A stretch of 64,000 nt of DNA, from the IMG/VR virus record IMGVR_UViG_3300014205_000203; one strand, written 5' to 3'. The notes beneath the pieces were generated by a model that saw nothing but the letters and a program-made list of their open reading frames with translations, was not told the origin of the DNA and made no database searches. Position numbers and translations under genes: made by a program. Positions within the stretch are counted from its first letter, which is position 1. Each line of letters begins with the position of its first letter. This DNA is from an uncultured virus (IMG/VR IMGVR_UViG_3300014205_000203) (Duplodnaviria; Heunggongvirae; Uroviricota; Caudoviricetes). Below, piece after piece: positions 1 through 6,804 of the stretch.

Positions 1-153
1 ACATGGGTAATGTTGCGTTGGTTCGCTGTTCGTGGATTGCAAACCGGTTCGATGGCTGGCTGTTGTGGGTGCATTGGATGATGGGGAATTGTGTAGGTGC
101 ATAGAGTAGGAGAAATATTTAAGAGGAAATGCTCTTATTTCAAACATTTTGTT

Positions 154-161
154 TATCTTAG
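154..161 (+). promoter_or_regulatory. Possible Bacteroidota-type -7 promoter element (TAnnTTAG variant) before the early operon
   Basis: TATCTTAG is one mismatch from the TAnnTTTG consensus and lies 4 nt before ATG 166. The same TAnnTTAG-N4-ATG layout occurs at 60055-60041 (-). Confidence 0.35.
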
Positions 162-165
162 TGGC

Positions 166-1851
166 ATGATTGACAATTTTGCTGCATATAAGGACAAGAA
201 AATACCACGTTCATGGGAACTAACGGTTGAGCCTATGTACTTGGTTGTTGATTTGTTTTGTGGTGCTGGTGGTGTTACTACCGGATTTGCAGAAGCGCAG
301 TTGAATGGCAATCCATTCGTTAAGGTTATTGCATGTATCAACCATGACCACAAAGCAATCAAAAGCCATTGGGCTAATCATCCAGAAGTAATACACTTTG
401 AAGAAGATATACGCACACTCGAATTGAGTGGCTTATGTGATACTGTTGAGTACTGGCGAAGGATGTACCCGAATGCGTTAGTAATACTTTGGGGTAGTTT
501 GGAATGTACCAATTACAGCAAAGCTAAAGGAGGACAGGAGAAAGATGCAGACAGCAGAACATTGATGTATGCACTATACAAACATTGGACTGGCGAAGGC
601 TATGGTAAATCATCTTACGTTGAGGGTAAGTCATACATTCAATACATTAATCCAGACTACATAATGATTGAGAATGTAGAGGAATTTAAGACAAAGAATG
701 AGGACTTTGACGAATGGTGTAATGAGATAAACACGTTCGGTTATCGCAATGAATGGACAATGTTAAACAGCGCAAACTTCGGTGCATATACCAGCAGAGA
801 TAGGCTCTTTGGTTGCTTCGCTAAAGATGGTTTGCCTATCGTATTCCCACAACCAACACACGCAAAGAAGGTAGGAGTAAGCAAGAAGAACATGCTATTT
901 GCTGAATCATTACAACAATGGAAAGCTGTGAAGGAAGTATTAGATTTCACAGATGAAGGCAAGAGTATATTCAACCGTAAGAAGCCATTGGTAGAAGCTA
1001 CGCTGGCTCGTATCTATGCTGGGTTGATTAAGTATGTGGCTAATGGCGATACATCGTTTATTGCGAAGTATTACAGCGGCAGACCTAAAGGAAAAGTAAC
1101 CAGCACAGAGAATCCATTAGGAGCCATTACAACCGCTGGTAATCAGTCATTGATACAGTCTGTACGTTTCATAGATAATCAATACGGCAGAGGATATGCC
1201 AGCAGCATAGAAGACCCATTGAGTACACAAACAACTAAACCACGCCACAGCATTGTAGAAGTACAGAAATATGCTGCTACTCAAATACAAGATATTAATT
1301 CCCCTACTGGCGCTTTAATGACTACCGATAAGAATAGCCTTATTACTACTGTTCCTTTCATAATGGATACACAATTCAATAACACAGTTAGAAGCGTGGA
1401 AGATCCTATGGGAGTTATAACAGCTAATCGTAAATATCATTACTTAGTTAACCCATCATTCCCTAAAAATCCAAACAGAGGATTGCACAGCACAGACCAA
1501 CCGGCACCAGTTATTGTAGCCAGCCAAAATAAAGCACCGCTGCGTATGATTACCGTTGAGCATGGCTTAGTGCAAATACCTATCTATGATACAGACAGCG
1601 ATACAATGATTAAGATTAAAGAGTTCATGGTTATCTATGGTCTGGTTGATATTAAAATGAGAATGTTGAGGGTGCAAGAGTTAAAGATAATACAAGGCTT
1701 TCCTGCTGATTATATACTGGATGGTACACAGGAAGACCAGAAGAAATTTATCGGCAATAGCGTGGTGCCACAGGTCGTTAAATCATGGATAGAAGCAATG
1801 GCACAGGCAACCACGCCAGTAATAATAATGGAATACAAAAAAGCAGCATAA
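166..1851 (+). CDS. C5-cytosine DNA methyltransferase
   Basis: Motif I DLFCGAGG, catalytic SLECTNYS, motif VI ENVEEF, motif VIII SRDRLF, C-terminal QGFP and IGNSV. The centre has about five S-x-x-x-P-x-x-x-x-T-like repeats. ATG 166 preferred over GTG 97. Confidence 0.92.
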   Translation: MIDNFAAYKDKKIPRSWELTVEPMYLVVDLFCGAGGVTTGFAEAQLNGNPFVKVIACINHDHKAIKSHWANHPEVIHFEEDIRTLELSGLCDTVEYWRRMYPNALVILWGSLECTNYSKAKGGQEKDADSRTLMYALYKHWTGEGYGKSSYVEGKSYIQYINPDYIMIENVEEFKTKNEDFDEWCNEINTFGYRNEWTMLNSANFGAYTSRDRLFGCFAKDGLPIVFPQPTHAKKVGVSKKNMLFAESLQQWKAVKEVLDFTDEGKSIFNRKKPLVEATLARIYAGLIKYVANGDTSFIAKYYSGRPKGKVTSTENPLGAITTAGNQSLIQSVRFIDNQYGRGYASSIEDPLSTQTTKPRHSIVEVQKYAATQIQDINSPTGALMTTDKNSLITTVPFIMDTQFNNTVRSVEDPMGVITANRKYHYLVNPSFPKNPNRGLHSTDQPAPVIVASQNKAPLRMITVEHGLVQIPIYDTDSDTMIKIKEFMVIYGLVDIKMRMLRVQELKIIQGFPADYILDGTQEDQKKFIGNSVVPQVVKSWIEAMAQATTPVIIMEYKKAA

Positions 1852-1878
1852 TTAACCACTAACATAAACCATAACATC

Positions 1879-2352
1879 ATGTCAGCTACATCAACCAAAA
1901 CCTACAAATCATTTGCAAAGAATTTCAGGATTATTTGCGAGCCAGATGCACCAGCATTTAACAAAGTAAAAGTTTCCAGTTCAAGGGAGATTGATTTCTT
2001 TCTACGCAACCTTTGGAACATTGGACAGGATATTGAAATTGTTGAATCGTTCTATATCCTTCTTCTTAATCAGGGTAACAATATTACAGGATGGGTTAAG
2101 CTATCGTCTGGTGGTTTAACTGGTACAGTTGCAGACCCAGTACTGGTTGCTAAGTATGCAATAGAGCAGTTAGCTAAAAAGGTTGTAATAGCCCATAATC
2201 ACCCATCTGGAAACCTCCAACCATCAAGAGCCGATGAAGAAATGACAAGGCGCATAAAGGAAGGATTAAAGCTATTCGATATTCAGTTACTCGACCATAT
2301 CATTTTAACAGACGAAAGCTATTACTCATTCTCTGATGAAGGCATAATATAA
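1879..2352 (+). CDS. radC: RadC-like JAB/MPN domain protein
   Basis: ESFYILLL, AHNHPSGNLQPSRAD, LLDHIIL and YYSF motifs. Confidence 0.92.
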   Translation: MSATSTKTYKSFAKNFRIICEPDAPAFNKVKVSSSREIDFFLRNLWNIGQDIEIVESFYILLLNQGNNITGWVKLSSGGLTGTVADPVLVAKYAIEQLAKKVVIAHNHPSGNLQPSRADEEMTRRIKEGLKLFDIQLLDHIILTDESYYSFSDEGII

Positions 2353-2382
2353 TTCACCACTAATAAAATAAACTATAAAGCA

Positions 2383-2814
2383 ATGAACGCACAAAACACA
2401 CGCAGCAATCAAATAACCTTCCTTACAGCCTTTAGCACTCTATGGGTTGATGTAACAGCCATTGAAGCGCAGGATGGCAAAAATGGGCTGGAAACAACAG
2501 AAGGAAGCGACCAGCTAACCATAATGTTAAACTCATTCTGTAATGTAACGGGGTTACCTCAAATGAGTGCAGATGATCTTCTATTGAAATTACAGGATGA
2601 AGAAGTAAAAGCAGAAGCAAAATTATTCTTCTGGAAAGATAAATCAGGTAGGGGACAAAGTGGGCCTGTTACATTAGCTGGCATCCTTAATACTGCCGAT
2701 GATGATGAAGTAAACTATGATGATATTAAATTGGCTGAATGGGCAGAGAGCGCAGAACAAGGCGAAGAATGGGAGAATAGCACCGACCACTATGTTTGCA
2801 CCGAGGTTAACTGA
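2383..2814 (+). CDS. Hypothetical acidic protein; stop codon lies in the hammerhead 1 core
   Basis: 143 aa ORF with an A-rich leader. It ends GTT AAC TGA. Confidence 0.75.
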   Translation: MNAQNTRSNQITFLTAFSTLWVDVTAIEAQDGKNGLETTEGSDQLTIMLNSFCNVTGLPQMSADDLLLKLQDEEVKAEAKLFFWKDKSGRGQSGPVTLAGILNTADDDEVNYDDIKLAEWAESAEQGEEWENSTDHYVCTEVN

Positions 2815-2861
2815 CGAGGTTTTAATAACCGAAACCGGACACCTGGTGTCCGGTCTTAACC
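2805..2861 (+). ncRNA. Hammerhead ribozyme, type I (HHR1)
   Basis: GGTTAA-CTGACGA-[GGTT ttaat AACC]-GAAA-[CCGGACAC ctg GTGTCCGG]-TC-TTAACC. Full core with perfectly paired stems I-III. Predicted cut after GUC at C2855. Confidence 0.95.
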
Positions 2862-2878
2862 AAATAAAAAGATCATTT

Positions 2879-3154
2879 ATGAAAAATTTAATCGCTTTTA
2901 TCATCATCGGATTGCTAATCCTGTCCTTCCCTGCCAATGCTCAACCAAAGGTTGTGGAAGATGCTAACGGTAACTATAAAGCCGTTAAGAGTACAACAGC
3001 ACCAGCGCCGGAGCCAGCAACCAAAACAAAGAAAACCTTTACAGACACAAAAGGTATTGTTTACCCTGTCATGGTATCAAAGAACGGTAAGGAGTTCTAT
3101 GAAAGAGTAAGCAAAAAGGGTAATAAATACCGTGTGTACATCAAGGTTAACTGA
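2879..3154 (+). CDS. Small predicted secreted protein; stop codon lies in the hammerhead 2 core
   Basis: MKNLIAFIIIGLLILSFPANA-Q is a Sec-type signal peptide. ATG 2879 follows an A-rich leader (track start 2717 rejected). Confidence 0.75.
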   Translation: MKNLIAFIIIGLLILSFPANAQPKVVEDANGNYKAVKSTTAPAPEPATKTKKTFTDTKGIVYPVMVSKNGKEFYERVSKKGNKYRVYIKVN

Positions 3155-3199
3155 TGATGGCTTTAATAGCCGAAACAGGCTGTAAAGCCTGTCTTAACC
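3145..3199 (+). ncRNA. Hammerhead ribozyme, type I (HHR2)
   Basis: GGTTAA-CTGATGA-t-[GGCT ttaat AGCC]-GAAA-[CAGGCT gtaa AGCCTG]-TC-TTAACC. One extra U follows the CUGAUGA box. Predicted cut after C3193. Confidence 0.92.
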
Positions 3200-3216
3200 A
3201 AATAAAAAACTACATC

Positions 3217-3558
3217 ATGTACACACTCAAAAACAAAGTTCAACTTATTGGAAATTTAGGCAATGCGCCAGAAATCAAACAAACAGAAAACGGCACTATG
3301 GCTCGTTTCTCAGTTGCTATCAATGAAACATTCCACAATGCAAAAGGGGAAAAAGTAAAAGAAACAACATGGCATAGTTGTGTTGCATGGGGTAAAGTAG
3401 CTAAGATAGTAGAGAAGTATTTAAACAAAGCTGGTGCTGTGGCTATTGAAGGCAAATTGATTAATAGAAGTTACACCGATAAGGAGGGTAACAAAAAATA
3501 CATTACAGAAATAGAGGTAGGAGAAATTCTTCTTCTTGGAATGACACAGGTTAGCTGA
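3217..3558 (+). CDS. ssb: Single-stranded DNA-binding protein (short form, no acidic tail); stop codon lies in the hammerhead 3 core
   Basis: NKVQLIGNLG, ARFSVA, TTWHSCVAWGK and EGKLINRSYTDKEGNKKYITEI motifs. Confidence 0.93.
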   Translation: MYTLKNKVQLIGNLGNAPEIKQTENGTMARFSVAINETFHNAKGEKVKETTWHSCVAWGKVAKIVEKYLNKAGAVAIEGKLINRSYTDKEGNKKYITEIEVGEILLLGMTQVS

Positions 3559-3602
3559 CGAGGATTTATTATCCGAAACTGCCAGCAATGGCAGTCTTAA
3601 CC
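3549..3602 (+). ncRNA. Hammerhead ribozyme, type I (HHR3)
   Basis: GGTTAG-CTGACGA-[GGAT ttatt ATCC]-GAAA-[CTGCCA gcaa TGGCAG]-TC-TTAACC. Stem I has a G-U wobble and stem III has a GNRA loop. Predicted cut after C3596. Confidence 0.95.
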
Positions 3603-3620
3603 AAAAACCAATTACACATC

Positions 3621-4091
3621 ATGGAAACAAGCGAAATTACTGACAGTAAAAATATCTTTGACGATGTTCTGACAGTTATACAAAAAACAAATGACGGTGC
3701 AAATTTATCACCAAAAGATTTACACCTTACCGAATGTGCTATTAATGGCTTTCTTACAGAAGAAGGGATAGCAGAGTTTTACAGCGTGTATCATAGGGTT
3801 ATAGATGGCACCTATGATAAGCTAAAAAATTACCTGTTCGGAGTTGAACACATTACTAAAGACCATGAATGTTATGTGTATTACAAAGGGAAGCACATAG
3901 ATCATTTTACTTTCAATGGAGATTATAAAGGAGAAAGACAAGCAGCCATTAAAGCGGCTAAAATATGCTCACTATTGGAAAGTAAGAATATTGAAGTATC
4001 ACCGCTTACATATTGTTGGAAGGTGGAAGATTACCTGACAGCAGAAGAACTTGCAACCATTGAAGAACCAATGGGAGCATACGCAGATTAG
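3621..4091 (+). CDS. Hypothetical protein
   Basis: ATG 3621 follows the leader ttaaccaaaaaccaattacacatc. The ORF is flanked by HHR3 and HHR4. Confidence 0.75.
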   Translation: METSEITDSKNIFDDVLTVIQKTNDGANLSPKDLHLTECAINGFLTEEGIAEFYSVYHRVIDGTYDKLKNYLFGVEHITKDHECYVYYKGKHIDHFTFNGDYKGERQAAIKAAKICSLLESKNIEVSPLTYCWKVEDYLTAEELATIEEPMGAYAD

Positions 4092-4101
4092 CCCAGTCAG
4101 A

Positions 4102-4206
4102 GGTTAACTGATGAAGGCTAATTGCCCGAAAATCGGTAAGCAGTAACAAAAGCTGTGTGCATCATGTACCAATGGTTTGTTATAGAAGTCTTACCGATTA
4201 TTAACC
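4102..4206 (+). ncRNA. Hammerhead ribozyme, type I variant with extended stem III (HHR4)
   Basis: GGTTAA-CTGATGA-[aGGC taatt GCCc]-GAAA-[ATCGGTAAG...49 nt...CTTACCGAT]-TA-TTAACC. The cleavage triplet is UUA, with the predicted cut after A4200. The base of stem II is an A-C mismatch. Confidence 0.8.
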
Positions 4207-4223
4207 AAAAAAATTGAAATACT

Positions 4224-4868
4224 ATGTACACACCCAATCCAGAAATCGCCAAAATAATTTATCCTCTTAGCTATGTAAACGGCTGTATAGTTGATAAAAT
4301 TGGTCAGGTAATAATGAAAATGAACAGGGAACACGATAGCACCCCTTTAACCCCATCTTACAGAGATGATCTTGCAAAAGAAATTGTCGAACTGTACAAC
4401 AAAGCACATAGCCCGTCCTTCTTATTGTTAAGCTGGTGTACAGAAGATGTAATTGATAGGGCAAATGATATTGAATATGAGCATGAGATAACAGAAGAAC
4501 AGGCTATTGAAATTCTGGCTATGCTTGATGATGCACACGATGCCAATGTTGGCATTAACTGGGAGATAATAGATATAGTTACCCAGCAGTATTTTGATGA
4601 AAAGGAAAAGGAGAAAGAATTAAGCGACTTATCAAAGTTTGAGTTTCGGGATGGCAATTTCTACCCTTATGTAGAAGTTATGCTGCATGGCAATCTTGAA
4701 ACCATATCTACTGAAAGCCTTAGTAAAGTATTGATGAATGATGATGGCACAGAGCCAGTTAGCGAAGAAGCTGAACGCATGGACAATGCTATTTATTTCT
4801 ATGTACCAGATGAAATGATAACAAAGCCATTATCGGAACTTAAAAAATACATATTAGAACACGAATAA
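4224..4868 (+). CDS. Hypothetical acidic protein
   Basis: 214 aa ORF starting 23 nt after the HHR4 cut site. Confidence 0.75.
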   Translation: MYTPNPEIAKIIYPLSYVNGCIVDKIGQVIMKMNREHDSTPLTPSYRDDLAKEIVELYNKAHSPSFLLLSWCTEDVIDRANDIEYEHEITEEQAIEILAMLDDAHDANVGINWEIIDIVTQQYFDEKEKEKELSDLSKFEFRDGNFYPYVEVMLHGNLETISTESLSKVLMNDDGTEPVSEEAERMDNAIYFYVPDEMITKPLSELKKYILEHE

Positions 4869-4901
4869 CAAACCTTTATTAATAAACCAAAATCAATTAC
4901 C

Positions 4902-5219
4902 ATGTTACTAAATGACAAAACAAACCAGAACAAAATTAAAAGGGCGCAAGCCATTTTAAGGGCAGTCAGCCACAATTTAAGGCGTTCAATATTGGACACA
5001 ATAGAATTGAACGACAACAAAATTACTGTTACCGAAATCTACGTAAAATTAAGACTGGAGCAATCCGTTGCCAGCCAGCACTTAGCCATCTTACGTAAGG
5101 CAGGAATAGTAAAAACAGAAAGGAGTGGTAAGCTAATTTATTATTCTGTTAACAGCTTAGTAATTGAAGATGTACTTCAATGTTGTGTTGACCTTGAAAA
5201 AGCTACTACCAAAAGTTAA
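4902..5219 (+). CDS. ArsR/SmtB-family winged-helix regulator
   Basis: ILRAVSHNLRRSIL, TVTEIYVKLRLEQSVASQHLAILRKAGIVKTERSGKLIYYS. Confidence 0.9.
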   Translation: MLLNDKTNQNKIKRAQAILRAVSHNLRRSILDTIELNDNKITVTEIYVKLRLEQSVASQHLAILRKAGIVKTERSGKLIYYSVNSLVIEDVLQCCVDLEKATTKS

Positions 5220-5222
5220 CCA

Positions 5223-5272
5223 AAACTAAATGCTGACGGGCAGCCGGAATGTTCGAGCCATTCTTTATGTTT
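5223..5272 (+). ncRNA. Putative structured intergenic RNA with a tRNA T-arm-like hairpin
   Basis: Hairpin GCTG-acggg-CAGC is followed by GAATG-TTCGAGC-CATTC (5-bp stem, 7-nt TTCGA loop). A weak outer AU helix is possible. Confidence 0.4.
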
Positions 5273-5288
5273 CTAAATTTTAAACATC

Positions 5289-5549
5289 ATGGAACAAGTA
5301 ATTATTATAGCCGTATTGATGAATATGGGCTACAAAAAAAAGGCTTATGGCTATCAGAAGTTAACTGACAATACAACCCACTGGGTAACATTGTTCGATA
5401 CCAGTATGCAGATATGGGGCTTCCCAACAGAAGCAGAGCATAATGATGAAGTTGGTAAAACGTATGATACCGGCACCGTTGCTTATGACACATTAACCCC
5501 TGCATTATTCAGGAGTGTTATAGACCTGTTTCTAATCAATCACCAATAG
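5289..5549 (+). CDS. Hypothetical protein
   Basis: 86 aa ORF with an aaacatcATG leader like its neighbours. Confidence 0.65.
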   Translation: MEQVIIIAVLMNMGYKKKAYGYQKLTDNTTHWVTLFDTSMQIWGFPTEAEHNDEVGKTYDTGTVAYDTLTPALFRSVIDLFLINHQ

Positions 5550-5555
5550 TGTATA

Positions 5556-5813
5556 ATGGTAACAAAAATAACCTTAACAGGCGCAGCCATATCTTCTCCA
5601 CTCATTCAACAGAGTGGAAAGGTAGAACGTGCCACGTTCAGCATAGCAGTAACAGTGAAAGAAGAAACCGCACACTTTCCCGTTATATGCGAAGGCGAAC
5701 ACCTGGTATCAAGGGTAAGGAATGGAGTAACCGTAGGAACAAGGGTAAGCGTGGAAGTTACAGGAACATACGACCAGTTAATAGTCAGTTCAATGCTAAT
5801 AATGGCACAATGA
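5556..5813 (+). CDS. Divergent SSB/PriB-like OB-fold protein
   Basis: KITLTG, ATFSIAV, HFPVICEG and VGTRVSVE parallel the SSB strand pattern. Confidence 0.55.
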   Translation: MVTKITLTGAAISSPLIQQSGKVERATFSIAVTVKEETAHFPVICEGEHLVSRVRNGVTVGTRVSVEVTGTYDQLIVSSMLIMAQ

Positions 5814-6142
5814 TACTCTTTAAGATATTTTTTGTATTTGCCTGGGCTTTTGTTACTGACTTGTGCGTGTTCGCTCCGATCTATTTATCAGGAAGAATTT
5901 TGAAATTAATATTTTATAAACCCAAAACAAAAAAAAGACAATTTATGAAAAGAGTAATGTTAACCACTTGGCAGCTTTGCGCTGAAACCAAAGTAAGAAT
6001 GGAAAAGAATACGCTGGCGTATCAGGACACAACCACAAAAAAGGTTTATTCCTTATGCTCTGACGAAGTAAGAAGGTGGCTATCTGGTGGTGATGGTTCC
6101 ATCATTCCAAATGAAGAACCTGTTCCTAAAGAGGAAAGGTAG
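5810..6142 (+). CDS. Hypothetical protein (N-terminal hydrophobic segment; alternative start 5945)
   Basis: ATGA overlap with the previous stop. The track start at 5549 is rejected. Confidence 0.5.
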   Translation: MILFKIFFVFAWAFVTDLCVFAPIYLSGRILKLIFYKPKTKKRQFMKRVMLTTWQLCAETKVRMEKNTLAYQDTTTKKVYSLCSDEVRRWLSGGDGSIIPNEEPVPKEER

Positions 6143-6193
6143 CAACCATTCAATACCTATCAAGAACCCATTTACTAACTCAAACAAAATTTT

Positions 6194-6607
6194 ATGCAAC
6201 AACAATTCTTTAAAATAGAAAACTACGATGTAACCGACACAGAAGTTATCGTTACTACTGAACGGTACAAAATTGCCATCCCGGTTACTATTCCGAGGGA
6301 TAAGTTTGAATTGTGGTTAAGGGTAAAAGGTAAGCTACAATGGACTATCCACACTGGGGGTAAAATAAAGCAGTTCACCGGCACCATGTCATTGCCCGAA
6401 TACTGGGCAATAGATCAACAGCACATCAAACAGGATATTTACGAATACATCATCCTGCATCCAATTAAAAGGGATGGCGTTGTGTATTCAAATAGCATTG
6501 ATAGCCTGTTACTGGCCTTTGACCTCCACAACTCCCAGCGTGTAAACCCTGTATTTAATACCAGGTGGGAGTTTGAACAGGAAATTTTTGAACAAGTACT
6601 AAATTAA
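6194..6607 (+). CDS. Hypothetical protein
   Basis: 137 aa ORF with an A-rich leader. Confidence 0.7.
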   Translation: MQQQFFKIENYDVTDTEVIVTTERYKIAIPVTIPRDKFELWLRVKGKLQWTIHTGGKIKQFTGTMSLPEYWAIDQQHIKQDIYEYIILHPIKRDGVVYSNSIDSLLLAFDLHNSQRVNPVFNTRWEFEQEIFEQVLN

Positions 6608-6612
6608 TAGGT

Positions 6613-6804
6613 ATGTACACAACTAAAAATTACTATGCAAAAAAGATCAGGCAGCAATTAAAAAAGGCTGATGATGCCCGTATTGAAGCTGTTAAAGCTA
6701 ATAAAGACAATAATGCTTTGAGTATTGCCTATCTCACAGCACTATCTAATTTGAGCAACACTATTCAGCGAGCAATTACACACATTCAAAAAGAAAAAAA
6801 ATGA
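6613..6804 (+). CDS. Hypothetical protein
   Basis: 63 aa ORF tightly packed in the operon. Confidence 0.6.
   Translation: MYTTKNYYAKKIRQQLKKADDARIEAVKANKDNNALSIAYLTALSNLSNTIQRAITHIQKEKK

Noticed and set aside
2333..2360. CTGATGAAGGC at the end of radC, matching the start of HHR4 (possible fifth hammerhead)
   Set aside because: No stem II partner, GAAA, stem III or GGTTAA stem I follows. The sequence is explained by the RadC C-terminal coding motif SDEG.
2717..2878. ORF-track N-terminal extension through HHR1 (similarly starts 3588, 5549, 21427, 31038, 60258)
   Set aside because: These starts overlap neighbouring genes or ribozymes. Downstream ATGs have A-rich leaders and, where relevant, place signal peptides at the N-terminus.
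2805..4206. Repeats read as a CRISPR array, integron attC sites or terminators
   Set aside because: The spacers are whole genes, the repeats covary rather than being identical, and there are no cas or intI genes or U-tracts. The hammerhead core explains all conserved positions.
5223..5272. Bona fide tRNA gene
   Set aside because: Too short, with no anticodon arm or 7-bp acceptor stem. Kept only as a tRNA-like element.
6060..6090. CTGACGA at 6060 (and CTGATGA near 6668) as further hammerhead cores
   Set aside because: Both are inside CDS and have no paired stem II followed by GAAA.
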